NCBI GenBank assembly: GCA_965648935.1
Contig: CBFGIY010000033.1
Location: forward strand, 6,939-25,106
From: a candidate division WOR-3 bacterium
GTDB taxonomy: Bacteria; Hydrothermota; Tepidihabitantia; Tepidihabitantales; Tepidihabitantaceae
Length of the DNA stretch: 18,168 bases
Direction: 5' to 3'
Numbering within the stretch: the stretch's first letter is position 1; each line of letters opens with the position of its first letter. A program made the position numbers and the translations under genes. The notes beneath the pieces were generated by a model that did not search any database, had not been told where the DNA came from, and worked only from the letters and a program-made list of their open reading frames with translations. Below, piece after piece: positions 6,343 to 15,586 of the stretch.

Positions 6343-8529
6343 GTGCTAGCGCTGGCCCTGCTGCTGATTGCCCAGCCGGCCGCCCCGGCCGACTCCGGGC
6401 CGGACGTGGTCAACTACGGCGCGCGGCGGGTGGTGTTTCTCGCGCGGTCAGAGGAAGTCGTCCTGCTCGACTCGGCCTGGGTGCGCTACCGCGGCATGGA
6501 GGTGCGCGCCGATTCCATCCATTACGACGTCCGGCTCCACCGGCTGACCGCGGTCGGCGAAGTGCTCTTCTCCTCGGCCAGCGAGAACATCGACGGCACC
6601 CTGCTCAGTTACGACATCGACACGCGCAAGGGAATGATGCGCGCGGCGCGCACCGAGGTCGAGAACGGCTTCTTCGCCGCGCGCGAGGTCTGGCTGGTCG
6701 AGGAGCGCGTGCTCAACGCCCGCTGGGGCTCGTTCACGACCTGCGACCGGACCGACCCGCACTACTGCTTCGATGGCCCGCGCGTCAAGCTCTACATGGA
6801 CGACGCGGCCTATGCCCAGCCCGTGCTGTTCCGGGTCGGGCGAGTGCCGGTGCTGGCCGCGCCCTTCTGGATCGTCCCGGTCGCGAACAGGCGCAAGTCC
6901 GGCCTGCTGCCGTTCAAGTTCGGCTTCGCCCGGGACCAGGGCTGGTTCGCCAAGAACCTCGCCTACTACCTGGTGATAAACGACTACGCCGACGCCACCT
7001 TCTACGGCGACGTGATGACGGTCAAGGGCCTGCAGGGCCGCGCCGAACTGGTCTACAACATCGCGCCCTTCGCCCAGGGCGGCGTCACCGGCGCCTACAT
7101 CCGCGAATGGGACACCGGCCGCCGCCGCTACTCGATCATCGGCGACAACGCCAGCCGCCGTTTCTTCTTTGATACCGAGCTTCTGGCGCGGGTCGACGTG
7201 ATGTCCGACACATCGTACGTGCCCGAGTACACGGAGAACCGGTTCGAATGGCTCAAGCAGGAGATGACCTCGTTCGCGACGCTGTCGCGCCGCATCGCCG
7301 GGGTCGGCCGCATCTCGGCCACGGTCGAACGCTACGAGGACCTGGTCCGCAACTGGCGCCGGCTCGACCTGCCCCGCGCCAGCGCGAGCTTCGGCACCCG
7401 GCCCCTGGTCGCGGGCTATACCGCCACGCCTGCCGCGTCGTTCTCTCAGCGTCGCACCGACTACTCCGGCGCGGACGGCATCGACACGGCCCGGCTCGCT
7501 GACACCCGGGCCGGCGCGAGCGTCGGCATAGCCAGCCCGCAGTATTCGCTGGGCGGCCTGGGCTCGCTGACCCTCAGCGACAACCTATCGCTCAGCGACG
7601 ACCGCTCGCTCCACAACGACACCACCGCGCGTCATCTGCGCCGCATCAGCAACTCGCTGAACGCCTACGCCAGCCAGCGCGTGGCCGGCGCGTTTGACCT
7701 GAACCAGAGCTTCACGATGACCCACGACGAGAACTTTCTCGACACGCTCGACGTGGTGGCCGGCTACTCGGCCTCGGTCGGGGCGCGCACGACGCTGTAC
7801 CGCGTCTTCGGAATCGAGGCCCTGGGAATGCACGGCCTGCTGCACGCTGTCTCGCCCTCGGCCAGCCTGGGCTTTTCGCCCAAGACCGCGCGCGGCGGGC
7901 CTTTTGGACGGCCCGACTTCGCCAACCCCGACCTCGCGGCGCTGGCTCTGCGCCTCGAGAACAGCTTCCAGGCCAAGTTCGACTCGGCGCGCATCAAGCG
8001 CGACCTCGGCCGGGTCGACTTCTCAACGAGCTATGACCTCGTCACCCGGCGCTTCGCGCCGCTCACGGCGGCCTTCCTGTTCCGCCCGTTGCAGGACGAG
8101 AACCTGCGCCTCTCGGTCGAGGGCGGGCTCGGGTTCAGCCTCGAGTCGCTGCGCTTCGAGCGCAACCCCAGCGTGGTAACGGCCGCCTCCTACACCGGCA
8201 TCCGCTTCGACACGCTGCGCCGGTACGAGCGCGGGTTTGAGGCATCGCTGCGCCACACCGTGTCGCAGTACGACCACATGCTCACCGCCTCGGCCGGGTT
8301 CGCCTGGGCCGGCTGGAAGCTCTCGCTCACCGAGTTCGGCTACAACTTCAAGCAGGCCCAGCTCGCCAACTACGGGGTCAGGCTCTGGCGCGACCTGCAC
8401 TGCTGGGAGGCTTTCGCCACAGTCCAGCGGCTCGGCGCCGGCCTCACCTGGGATTTCGAACTGCGCATCAAGAAGCTGCCCGACATCCGCCTCGGCAAGG
8501 CGACCTTCGGCTCGCTCCTGCCCCGTTGA
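6343..8529 (+). CDS. lptD: Putative LPS-assembly outer-membrane protein LptD/OstA
   Basis: Signal peptide; OstA-like N-domain (VRYRGMEVRADSIHYD, YDIDTRKG, FTTCDRTDPHYCF, RKSGLLPF); beta-barrel body; C-terminal RDLHCWE. Confidence 0.85.
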   Translation: MLALALLLIAQPAAPADSGPDVVNYGARRVVFLARSEEVVLLDSAWVRYRGMEVRADSIHYDVRLHRLTAVGEVLFSSASENIDGTLLSYDIDTRKGMMRAARTEVENGFFAAREVWLVEERVLNARWGSFTTCDRTDPHYCFDGPRVKLYMDDAAYAQPVLFRVGRVPVLAAPFWIVPVANRRKSGLLPFKFGFARDQGWFAKNLAYYLVINDYADATFYGDVMTVKGLQGRAELVYNIAPFAQGGVTGAYIREWDTGRRRYSIIGDNASRRFFFDTELLARVDVMSDTSYVPEYTENRFEWLKQEMTSFATLSRRIAGVGRISATVERYEDLVRNWRRLDLPRASASFGTRPLVAGYTATPAASFSQRRTDYSGADGIDTARLADTRAGASVGIASPQYSLGGLGSLTLSDNLSLSDDRSLHNDTTARHLRRISNSLNAYASQRVAGAFDLNQSFTMTHDENFLDTLDVVAGYSASVGARTTLYRVFGIEALGMHGLLHAVSPSASLGFSPKTARGGPFGRPDFANPDLAALALRLENSFQAKFDSARIKRDLGRVDFSTSYDLVTRRFAPLTAAFLFRPLQDENLRLSVEGGLGFSLESLRFERNPSVVTAASYTGIRFDTLRRYERGFEASLRHTVSQYDHMLTASAGFAWAGWKLSLTEFGYNFKQAQLANYGVRLWRDLHCWEAFATVQRLGAGLTWDFELRIKKLPDIRLGKATFGSLLPR

Positions 8530-9122
8530 CCCTCTATCTCGCATCGACCTCGCCGCGGCGCCGCGCGATACTGCGCTCGCTCGGGCTGAGCTTCCGCCTG
8601 CTCGTGCCGGCCGACGTCGAGCCCGGCCTGCTCATGAGGCCCGAGCTGCGCCGCAGCCCGGCCCGCTTCGCGCGCGCCGCGGCCGTCGCCAAGGCGCGGT
8701 CCGCAGCCGTCCGGGTCCGGCATGGCCTGGTCATCGGCGTGGACACGGTGGTTACGATTGATGGATTGACACTGGGCAAGCCGGCCGACCGGGCAGAGGT
8801 CTGCGCGATGCTCGAACGGCTGTCCGGCCGCACCCATCGCGTCATTTCGGGCGTTGCGGTCGCTGCCCGGCCCGGTGCGCGGATGCTGAGCGGCGTCGAG
8901 ACGACCCGCGTCGCCTTCCGCGCCCTGACGCGGCGCGAGATTGAACGCTACGCCGCAACGCCCGAGCCGTACGACAAGGCCGGCGCCTATGCCATACAGC
9001 AGCGCGCCGGTGCGTTTGTCCGGCGCGTGAACGGCTGCTATGTCAACGTGGTCGGGCTGCCGGTCAGCCTGATGCTGGAACTGCTCCAGAAAGCCGGCTG
9101 GCAAGCCGGCAGGCCGGCCTGA
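8526..9122 (+). CDS. maf: Maf-family nucleoside triphosphate pyrophosphatase (YhdE-like)
   Basis: LASTSPRRRAIL, GVDTVV, LGKP, LSGRTHRVISGV, DKAGAYAIQ, NVVGLP. TTG start overlaps the lptD stop. Confidence 0.95.
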   Translation: MTLYLASTSPRRRAILRSLGLSFRLLVPADVEPGLLMRPELRRSPARFARAAAVAKARSAAVRVRHGLVIGVDTVVTIDGLTLGKPADRAEVCAMLERLSGRTHRVISGVAVAARPGARMLSGVETTRVAFRALTRREIERYAATPEPYDKAGAYAIQQRAGAFVRRVNGCYVNVVGLPVSLMLELLQKAGWQAGRPA

Positions 9123-9125
9123 GCG

Positions 9126-9782
9126 CTAAGGCCCGCGCCGGAACGCCTGCAGGTCGTACTCGACGTCAAGGGTGCAGGCGGTGTTGTCCAGCAAGATGAA
9201 ATGCACGCCGGCCCGCAGCAGCCGCACCTCGAACTCGGTGGCGCGGTGGGCGAGCTGGTCAAACAGCCACTCCGCAGTCTGCCCGGCCCGCCAGCGGTGG
9301 AAGTTGGCGCTGTCCGCGATGCGCAGGAGCATCGCGGCCGTGTCGGCGCGCAACCGGCCGTATATCGTGTAGCCGGGCCCGAGCGTGTCCGGCCAGAACG
9401 CGTAGCCGCCGCGCTTCACCGCACCGCTCCAGGCCGCGAGCAGCGAGGTGTCGGCCAGCACCCGCACGTCAAGAGTTTCGGCTGCGCTGGCGCCGCTGTC
9501 GTCGCTCACCACGACCCATAGCCGGGTGCGGCAAGACGAGTCAGGCGCCACCCACCACACCCTTTCGAGCCAGTTGTAAGGGAAACGGCCGGTCTCGCTG
9601 CCCCACTCGAAGTACCAGGGCCAGCCGTCCGGGTCCCGGGCAACGCACCGGTACTCGACGCTGTCGCGCGCCCGCACCGCGCTCGGCCCGGCCAGCTCGC
9701 TGATGACCGGCGCCTGGTTGGCCGGCCCGTCGCAGGCGAGCAGCGCGGCGAGAGCCGCAACCGGCAGGGTCGCTCGGCTCAC
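9126..9782 (-). CDS. Hypothetical lipoprotein with an Ig/PKD-like domain and a second beta-sandwich domain
   Basis: Lipobox LLAC (Cys17). NQAPVI...ARDPDG...WVAP...VVVSDDSG is an Ig-like pattern. Lies 12 nt downstream of the 9795-10388 gene. Confidence 0.75.
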   Translation of the reverse strand: MSRATLPVAALAALLACDGPANQAPVISELAGPSAVRARDSVEYRCVARDPDGWPWYFEWGSETGRFPYNWLERVWWVAPDSSCRTRLWVVVSDDSGASAAETLDVRVLADTSLLAAWSGAVKRGGYAFWPDTLGPGYTIYGRLRADTAAMLLRIADSANFHRWRAGQTAEWLFDQLAHRATEFEVRLLRAGVHFILLDNTACTLDVEYDLQAFRRGP

Positions 9783-9794
9783 ACCGGCACCGGT

Positions 9795-10388
9795 CTACTG
9801 CACCAGTTTCGCGGTGTAGGCGCCGCCGCCCTCGGTGACCTTCACGACGAGCGTCGCCGTGCCCGGCCCGATGAACTGGAAAGTGTTGTCGTAGTAGAGG
9901 TCGATCTCCTCGACCGCCTTGCCGCTCGGTCCGATGCTCTGGACAAAGAAGGCGCTGGCGCGCGGCCAGGTGAACCGCCACTTCGCCTCGTCCGCGCCGG
10001 TCGTGAAAACGATGCGCGGCGAGAACAGCGTGTCGGCGAACCCGGCCAGCGAGACAAGCTCCGCGGTCCGGCCGACATCCTTGCACGACCAGTCGCCCGA
10101 GCCCGAGTCGCGCGCGACCGTGACCTTGTAGCGGCCCGAACCGCGCAGTTCCAGCGGCCCGGAACCGGCAACGTGGATGTCGAGGGCCGTTGCCGTGTCG
10201 CGCCGCGCGGTCACGTGCAGCCCGCAGCGGGCCGGCACACCGAGCCAGAGCTTGGCCCCGCCCCCGGTCACGGCCAGCTCGAACTCATGCTTGTCCCAGG
10301 ACTCGTTCACCCGGCCGGTGAACTCAAAACCCGCGGCCCCGGCGACTGCGGCCGCGGCCAAGAAGCAGGCCAGCATCGTTCTGGTCAA
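9795..10388 (-). CDS. Secreted hypothetical protein with two internally similar beta-rich (PPC-like) halves
   Basis: TTG start with AGGAGG SD (10393-10398) and a signal peptide. The halves end in GSGRYKVTVARDSGSGDWSC and GPGTATLVVKVTEGGGAYTA. Confidence 0.75.
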   Translation of the reverse strand: MTRTMLACFLAAAAVAGAAGFEFTGRVNESWDKHEFELAVTGGGAKLWLGVPARCGLHVTARRDTATALDIHVAGSGPLELRGSGRYKVTVARDSGSGDWSCKDVGRTAELVSLAGFADTLFSPRIVFTTGADEAKWRFTWPRASAFFVQSIGPSGKAVEEIDLYYDNTFQFIGPGTATLVVKVTEGGGAYTAKLVQ

Positions 10389-10412
10389 AGTTCCTCCTGA
10401 GTCTTACGGGAA

Positions 10413-10440
10413 AGCATAGCCCGGCCTGCGCTCTGGTCAA
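10413..10440 (-). promoter_or_regulatory. Sigma70-type promoter for the secreted protein/lipoprotein pair
   Basis: Minus strand TTGACC-N16-TATGCT, upstream of the AGGAGG SD. Confidence 0.6.
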
Positions 10441-10474
10441 GCATCAGGCCGGGCGGTGGTCCCTTCTGAAATGC

Positions 10475-10834
10475 CTAAACGAGCATGTTGTCCAGCCGCA
10501 TCATCGACCAGGCCGGCACGAAGCGGGTACACTCGCGCTCCTGTGCGCCGGCCGGCTGGTCGGGCGCGGGCAGGTTCTTGTACGGCACCGGCGGTATCTC
10601 GGCCGGCGGCAGGGCGAAACCATTGGCCTTGGCGCCGTCGGCATAGCCCAGAACCCGGCCCATCCGGTCGAGCACGAAATTGTTATGATAGAATCCGCGG
10701 TGCTCGCCGCGCGTGTCGTAGATTGTCTTCCCCACCAGAAATCCCCGCGGCTTGCCCAGGTAATCGTAGAGCACCCGACCGCAGACCCGGAACACCGCCT
10801 TCCCGTACCGGTTATAGAGAGCTATCTCATCCAT
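10475..10834 (-). CDS. 4-fold beta-flower-like domain protein
   Basis: Four hairpin repeats (LYNRYGKAVF, LYDYLGKPRGF, IYDTRGEHRGF, VLDRMGRVLGY), a Pro-rich linker and a C-terminal WSMMRLDNML. ATG 10834 has a GAGG SD. Confidence 0.75.
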   Translation of the reverse strand: MDEIALYNRYGKAVFRVCGRVLYDYLGKPRGFLVGKTIYDTRGEHRGFYHNNFVLDRMGRVLGYADGAKANGFALPPAEIPPVPYKNLPAPDQPAGAQERECTRFVPAWSMMRLDNMLV

Positions 10835-10954
10835 GCATCGCCTCGCAAGTCCCGGCCCAAAGAACAGCAGACGCCACGACAACCGTGGCCGGGCCGAGGT
10901 TTTCTGCCAGGGTTGTGTGCTGCGGATGCAGCGGGGCGTCGGTAACCCGGATTA

Positions 10955-10983
10955 ATTATCGGTCAGAAAGCCGCTCTTGTCAA
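10955..10983 (-). promoter_or_regulatory. Sigma70-type promoter for the beta-flower gene
   Basis: Minus strand TTGACA-N17-GATAAT, followed by AT-rich TAAT. Confidence 0.65.
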
Positions 10984-10996
10984 CAGGCGGATTGTG

Positions 10997-11499
10997 TCAG
11001 GTCTCAGCCGGGCAGTCGCAGGGGCCGTCGTTGAGGTCCTTGCCGCAGCGCGCGCAGCAGCCCAGGCAGTCGGGCCGGCAGGCCGGGGCGATCGGCACGG
11101 CGAGGTGCACCGCGTCATGCACAAGCCGGGTCAGGTCGAGCTGGTCCCCGCGTAGCGGCACGCGGTCGAGCTCGGTCTCGTCCAGCGCGCGGCTCGCCGG
11201 GACCGGGGCATCGGCGTCGATGAACTCGGCGGTCACCGGCTCGTCATAATCGGCCTCGTATTCGCAGCCGCATATGGCGCAGTCCAGCCGCGCCCGGAAA
11301 GCGACCCGGCCCGAGAGCATCAGCCGCTGGCCGCTGCGCGTCACCCGCAGCTCCAGGCGCAGCTTGCCGACGAGCGCGAGAAACGACGGGTTCTCGCTGA
11401 CCTCGTGCTCTTCCAGGCCCAGGCCTTCGGGCTCGAGCTCGTAGAGAAAGCTGTTCTCGCCCTGCCTGATGCCGGGCAGCGAAAGCACCAGCGGCCGCT

Positions 11500-11503
<4 letters not shown>
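10997..11503 (-). CDS. yceD: DUF177/YceD family protein (large-subunit rRNA accumulation)
   Basis: CAIC..., LDLTRLVHDAVHLAVP, CRPDCLGCCARCGKDLNDGPCDC. GTG 11503 overlaps the moxR stop (GTGA) and has a GGAG SD. This is the real part of the 743-aa track ORF. Confidence 0.9.
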
Positions 11504-12498
<995 letters not shown>

Positions 12499-12531
12499 GA
12501 TTCCTCCCGGCTGCTCTCGGAACCGCGGCCG

Positions 12532-13662
12532 CTAGGCCTTCTTGAACCTGCCGCTGAACTTCTTCATCACCTGCGGCAGCGTGGTGTACTCCATCTCGGC
12601 GAAACCGAGCCGGTGCGGCTCGAACGGCCCATGCCGGCGCAGGTACTCGCCCGCCTCGTTGGCCTTCTTGCGCGCGAGGTCGAACGACGGGTCGTCGAAC
12701 ATGTCGCGCGGCCCGACCAGCATCCCGCCGGCGAGCTGGAATCCAAGGGCGATAACCCGGGGCGGCCCGTCGAAGCGCGACGGCGTGGCCTCGCGCTGCG
12801 CCACCGGCATCAGCGGCCCGAAGTGCGACCCGCGCATCCATCCCGCGGTCAGGTGCGGGAACGAGAACGGCTCCAGCGCCTCGCCCACCGCCGGCAGGCC
12901 GGCCTGGCAGCGCACCATCATCACCGGGTCGTCCTTGCCGACATAGCGGCCGGCGATGAGCGCGAGCTTCTGGGTCGACGACGCCGCGGCGATCTCGCCG
13001 TTCTTGCGCCAGACCGACTTGATGATGTAGTGCTCGGGCGCGCCGATGAACATCAACAGCTCGTACATCTGCGCCGGGCAGGACAGCTTCAGATCGGTCC
13101 CCGCGTGCACGTCGTGGATGACGAAATCGAAGCCGTCCTGCATCGACGGGTCGATGACCAGCCCGATGGTGTTGAACGGGTCGGCGAAAATCCGGAACAG
13201 CGGCAGGTTCCACGCCCCGGGCGCGCACTTGTCGCCGCAGAAGATCACGATCGGCTCCGACTTGCGCTCGACAAAGCTCATCTCGGCCACGCCCGGCCCC
13301 ATCCCGCGCACGTTGCCCGAGAACGCATCGGCCAGCAGGTCCTGGCCCGCGCCGTAAAGCCCGAGCTTGCGCGCCAGTTCGGTCCCGGCTTCGAAAGTGT
13401 CCCAGGCCAGCTTGTGCACCGCCTTGTTGTCGGTGCCGTGGTAATGGGTCATTATCAGCTCGAGGTCGTCGCCGACATTGGCAACGTGGAAGTCGGCCAG
13501 CATTCCCGACTTCTTGGCCTTGGCGAGATGTTTGCGGGCGAGTTCGAGAATGTCCGGGTGGCTGGCCGAATGTCCGACATAGCCGCCGATATCGGCCTTG
13601 ATAACGCTCAACGTCACCGGCCTGGGCTGCTTGCCGGCGGTCTTGGTGGCTTTCGCTGGCAT
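12532..13662 (-). CDS. fbp: Bifunctional fructose-1,6-bisphosphate aldolase/phosphatase (class V, archaeal type)
   Basis: IKADIGGYVGH, GDDLELIMTH, LYGAGQDLL, GNVRGMGPG, YVGKDDP (Schiff-base Lys), GWMRGSH, RFDGPP, GPFEPHRL, EYTT. AAGGAG SD. Confidence 0.96.
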   Translation of the reverse strand: MPAKATKTAGKQPRPVTLSVIKADIGGYVGHSASHPDILELARKHLAKAKKSGMLADFHVANVGDDLELIMTHYHGTDNKAVHKLAWDTFEAGTELARKLGLYGAGQDLLADAFSGNVRGMGPGVAEMSFVERKSEPIVIFCGDKCAPGAWNLPLFRIFADPFNTIGLVIDPSMQDGFDFVIHDVHAGTDLKLSCPAQMYELLMFIGAPEHYIIKSVWRKNGEIAAASSTQKLALIAGRYVGKDDPVMMVRCQAGLPAVGEALEPFSFPHLTAGWMRGSHFGPLMPVAQREATPSRFDGPPRVIALGFQLAGGMLVGPRDMFDDPSFDLARKKANEAGEYLRRHGPFEPHRLGFAEMEYTTLPQVMKKFSGRFKKA

Positions 13663-13726
13663 CGTGTCTCCTTATGTGTTCGCTCTGCGGGCGCGTGCGC
13701 CCGATCCCGGCCCGGCCGGGAATGAT

Positions 13727-13755
13727 ACGATACTGCCGCGGGCTGCCCGAGTCAA
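13727..13755 (-). promoter_or_regulatory. Sigma70-type promoter of the fbp-moxR-yceD operon
   Basis: Minus strand TTGACT-N17-TATCGT. Confidence 0.6.
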
Positions 13756-13767
13756 GCCAGCCCCGGT

Positions 13768-13796
13768 TTGACTCGCCGCCCCGGCCCGGCTACGCT
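13768..13796 (+). promoter_or_regulatory. Sigma70-type promoter of the M6 protease gene
   Basis: TTGACT-N17-TACGCT, then AGGAG SD at 13807-13811 and TTG at 13817. Confidence 0.6.
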
Positions 13797-13816
13797 TATT
13801 CAACCTAGGAGAACAC

Positions 13817-15433
13817 TTGAGCAGAACCCTGACGTGCTGCCTGCTTGTCGCTGCCGCGGCCCTTGCCGTGCCGCCCGGCCCGTACTTCAACGGCCCCGCG
13901 CCGGTCTACCCGCCCGGGGTGAACGAACCCGGCCCCAACCTGCTCAAAGGCTACGGCTACTGCGAGACCGTCACCATCCTGATGCAGTTCCCGGACAACC
14001 GCGCCGACACCATCGAGCACTCGCCCGCGCGGTTCGACTCGATGCTCTACTCGACCGGCGTCTACAACCAGGGCCCCTACCGCCAGGGCAGCCTCAACGA
14101 CTACTTCCTCGAAAACTCCTACGGCCAGTACGACGTGCGCGGCGCGGTGGCCGGGGGCCGCTGGTTCACCTCGCAGTACAACTACTCGCGCTACTACGAC
14201 GGCAACTACCTGCTCTCGACCGGTTCGCAGCTCGCGCGCGAGAACATCCAGCAGGTCGACCCCTATGTCGACTTCCGCCAGTTCGACCTGAACAGCGACG
14301 GCTACATCGACGCGATGTTCATGGTCCACGCCGGGCCGGACGGCGCCGACAACGGCAACGTCAACTGCCTCTGGTCCCACGCCATACCCAGCTTCAACTT
14401 TCTCACTCAGGACGGCGTGCGCATCCGCGGCGTGACCAACGTCCCGGAATACGCGATGGTCGGCCCGAACCGCGACACCACGCTCTGCTGCATCGCGGTG
14501 ATGTGCCACGAACTCGGACACCTTGTCGGCCTGCCCGACCTCTACGACGGTTCCCGCTACACCTGGGGCGTCGGCTACTGGGGTCTGATGGGCTACGGCG
14601 CGTGGGGCGCGGGCGGCAACACCCCGTACAGCCCGTCGCACATGGAAGCCTGGAGCAAGGTAGAAGCCGGATTTGTCCAGCCCACGCTCATCACCCGCGA
14701 CACCAACGACGTCCGCATCCTGCCGGTCGAGGAACACCCCCAGATACTCAAGGTCTGGCGCATGGGCCGCAACACCGACACCTGCTTCTATCTGGAAAAC
14801 CGGCAGAAAAAGGGCTTTGATGCGCCCCTGCCCGGCGCGGGCCTTGCCATCTGGCACATCGACCCGGCCGCCGGTGCCTGGCACAACCGCGTTGACATGG
14901 AAGAAGACTCCACCTTCCACCTTGACCGCGGCAATGGGGTTCGACCCGACCCCCACTACTACCACGAAGCGCTCGGCGACACCTCGGACGTGCTGCCCGG
15001 CAACTGGAACCGCACCGTATTTGACTCAAGCTCAGTGCCCAACTCGCGCGACCGCAACAACCGTTCGACCGGCGTCGCGGTGAGAAACATCAGGCAGGTC
15101 GGCGACACCATCATCTGCGACATCGAAGTCGGCATCCCGACCGCGCTCACCGAAGAGCGCAGGCTCCGCCTGAGCGCGCCCGTGCGCCTCTCGGCCGACC
15201 CCAACCCCTTCACCACCTCGACCACCATCCGACTGCCCTCACTCCTCACTGCCCGCTCCTCGCTGCTCACTCTTCACGACGCCTCGGGCCGCCTCGTTCA
15301 CTCCTCGTTCGACATTCGCAGTTCTGAACTGGTCATCGACCTCAGGTCTCTCCCTTCAGGCGTCTACCTCTGCCGCCTGACCGACGAGGCGGGCACGGCA
15401 CTCGGCGCGACGCGCCTCGTGAAGACCCGCTAG
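13817..15433 (+). CDS. M6 family (immune inhibitor A-like) metalloprotease with a T9SS type A sorting domain
   Basis: Signal peptide; SLNDYFLENSYG; DLNSDGYID; VHAG; HELGHLVGLPDLYD zinc motif; WGLMGYG Met-turn; LENRQ. C-terminal CTD PNPF...LHDASGRLV...LPSGVYLCRL...RLVK. Confidence 0.92.
   Translation: MSRTLTCCLLVAAAALAVPPGPYFNGPAPVYPPGVNEPGPNLLKGYGYCETVTILMQFPDNRADTIEHSPARFDSMLYSTGVYNQGPYRQGSLNDYFLENSYGQYDVRGAVAGGRWFTSQYNYSRYYDGNYLLSTGSQLARENIQQVDPYVDFRQFDLNSDGYIDAMFMVHAGPDGADNGNVNCLWSHAIPSFNFLTQDGVRIRGVTNVPEYAMVGPNRDTTLCCIAVMCHELGHLVGLPDLYDGSRYTWGVGYWGLMGYGAWGAGGNTPYSPSHMEAWSKVEAGFVQPTLITRDTNDVRILPVEEHPQILKVWRMGRNTDTCFYLENRQKKGFDAPLPGAGLAIWHIDPAAGAWHNRVDMEEDSTFHLDRGNGVRPDPHYYHEALGDTSDVLPGNWNRTVFDSSSVPNSRDRNNRSTGVAVRNIRQVGDTIICDIEVGIPTALTEERRLRLSAPVRLSADPNPFTTSTTIRLPSLLTARSSLLTLHDASGRLVHSSFDIRSSELVIDLRSLPSGVYLCRLTDEAGTALGATRLVKTR
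15238..15324 (+). repeat. Two degenerate 7-nt tandem tracts within the CTD coding region
   Basis: 15238-15272 CTCACTC CTCACTG CCCGCTC CTCGCTG CTCACTC; 15304-15324 CTCGTTC GACATTC GCAGTTC. Confidence 0.65.
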
Positions 15434-15448
15434 ACTTGCGACAGCTCC

Positions 15449-15481
15449 GAGCCGCCCGGTGCGCAGCCGGGCGGCTCTTCT
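15449..15481 (+). terminator. Intrinsic terminator after the M6 protease gene
   Basis: GAGCCGCCCGG-tgcgcag-CCGGGCGGCTC (11-bp stem) followed by TTCT. Confidence 0.7.
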
Positions 15482-15524
15482 GCGGCCGGCGCCGTGTTGC
15501 CTGCCGCGCGACCCTTCCCGGAGT

Positions 15525-15553
15525 TTGACACGCTCATCCTGCGTCCATATGAT
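15525..15553 (+). promoter_or_regulatory. Near-consensus sigma70 promoter
   Basis: TTGACA-N17-TATGAT, with AGGAGG SD at 15576-15581 and ATG at 15587. Confidence 0.8.
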
Positions 15554-15586
15554 GCAATGAATCCGCTCTGAGCACAGGAGGACGCA

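Noticed and set aside
6310..6360. SECIS element after the glycosylase TGA
   Set aside because: Only weak pairing and a G-less loop; the sequence is better explained as the lptD promoter.
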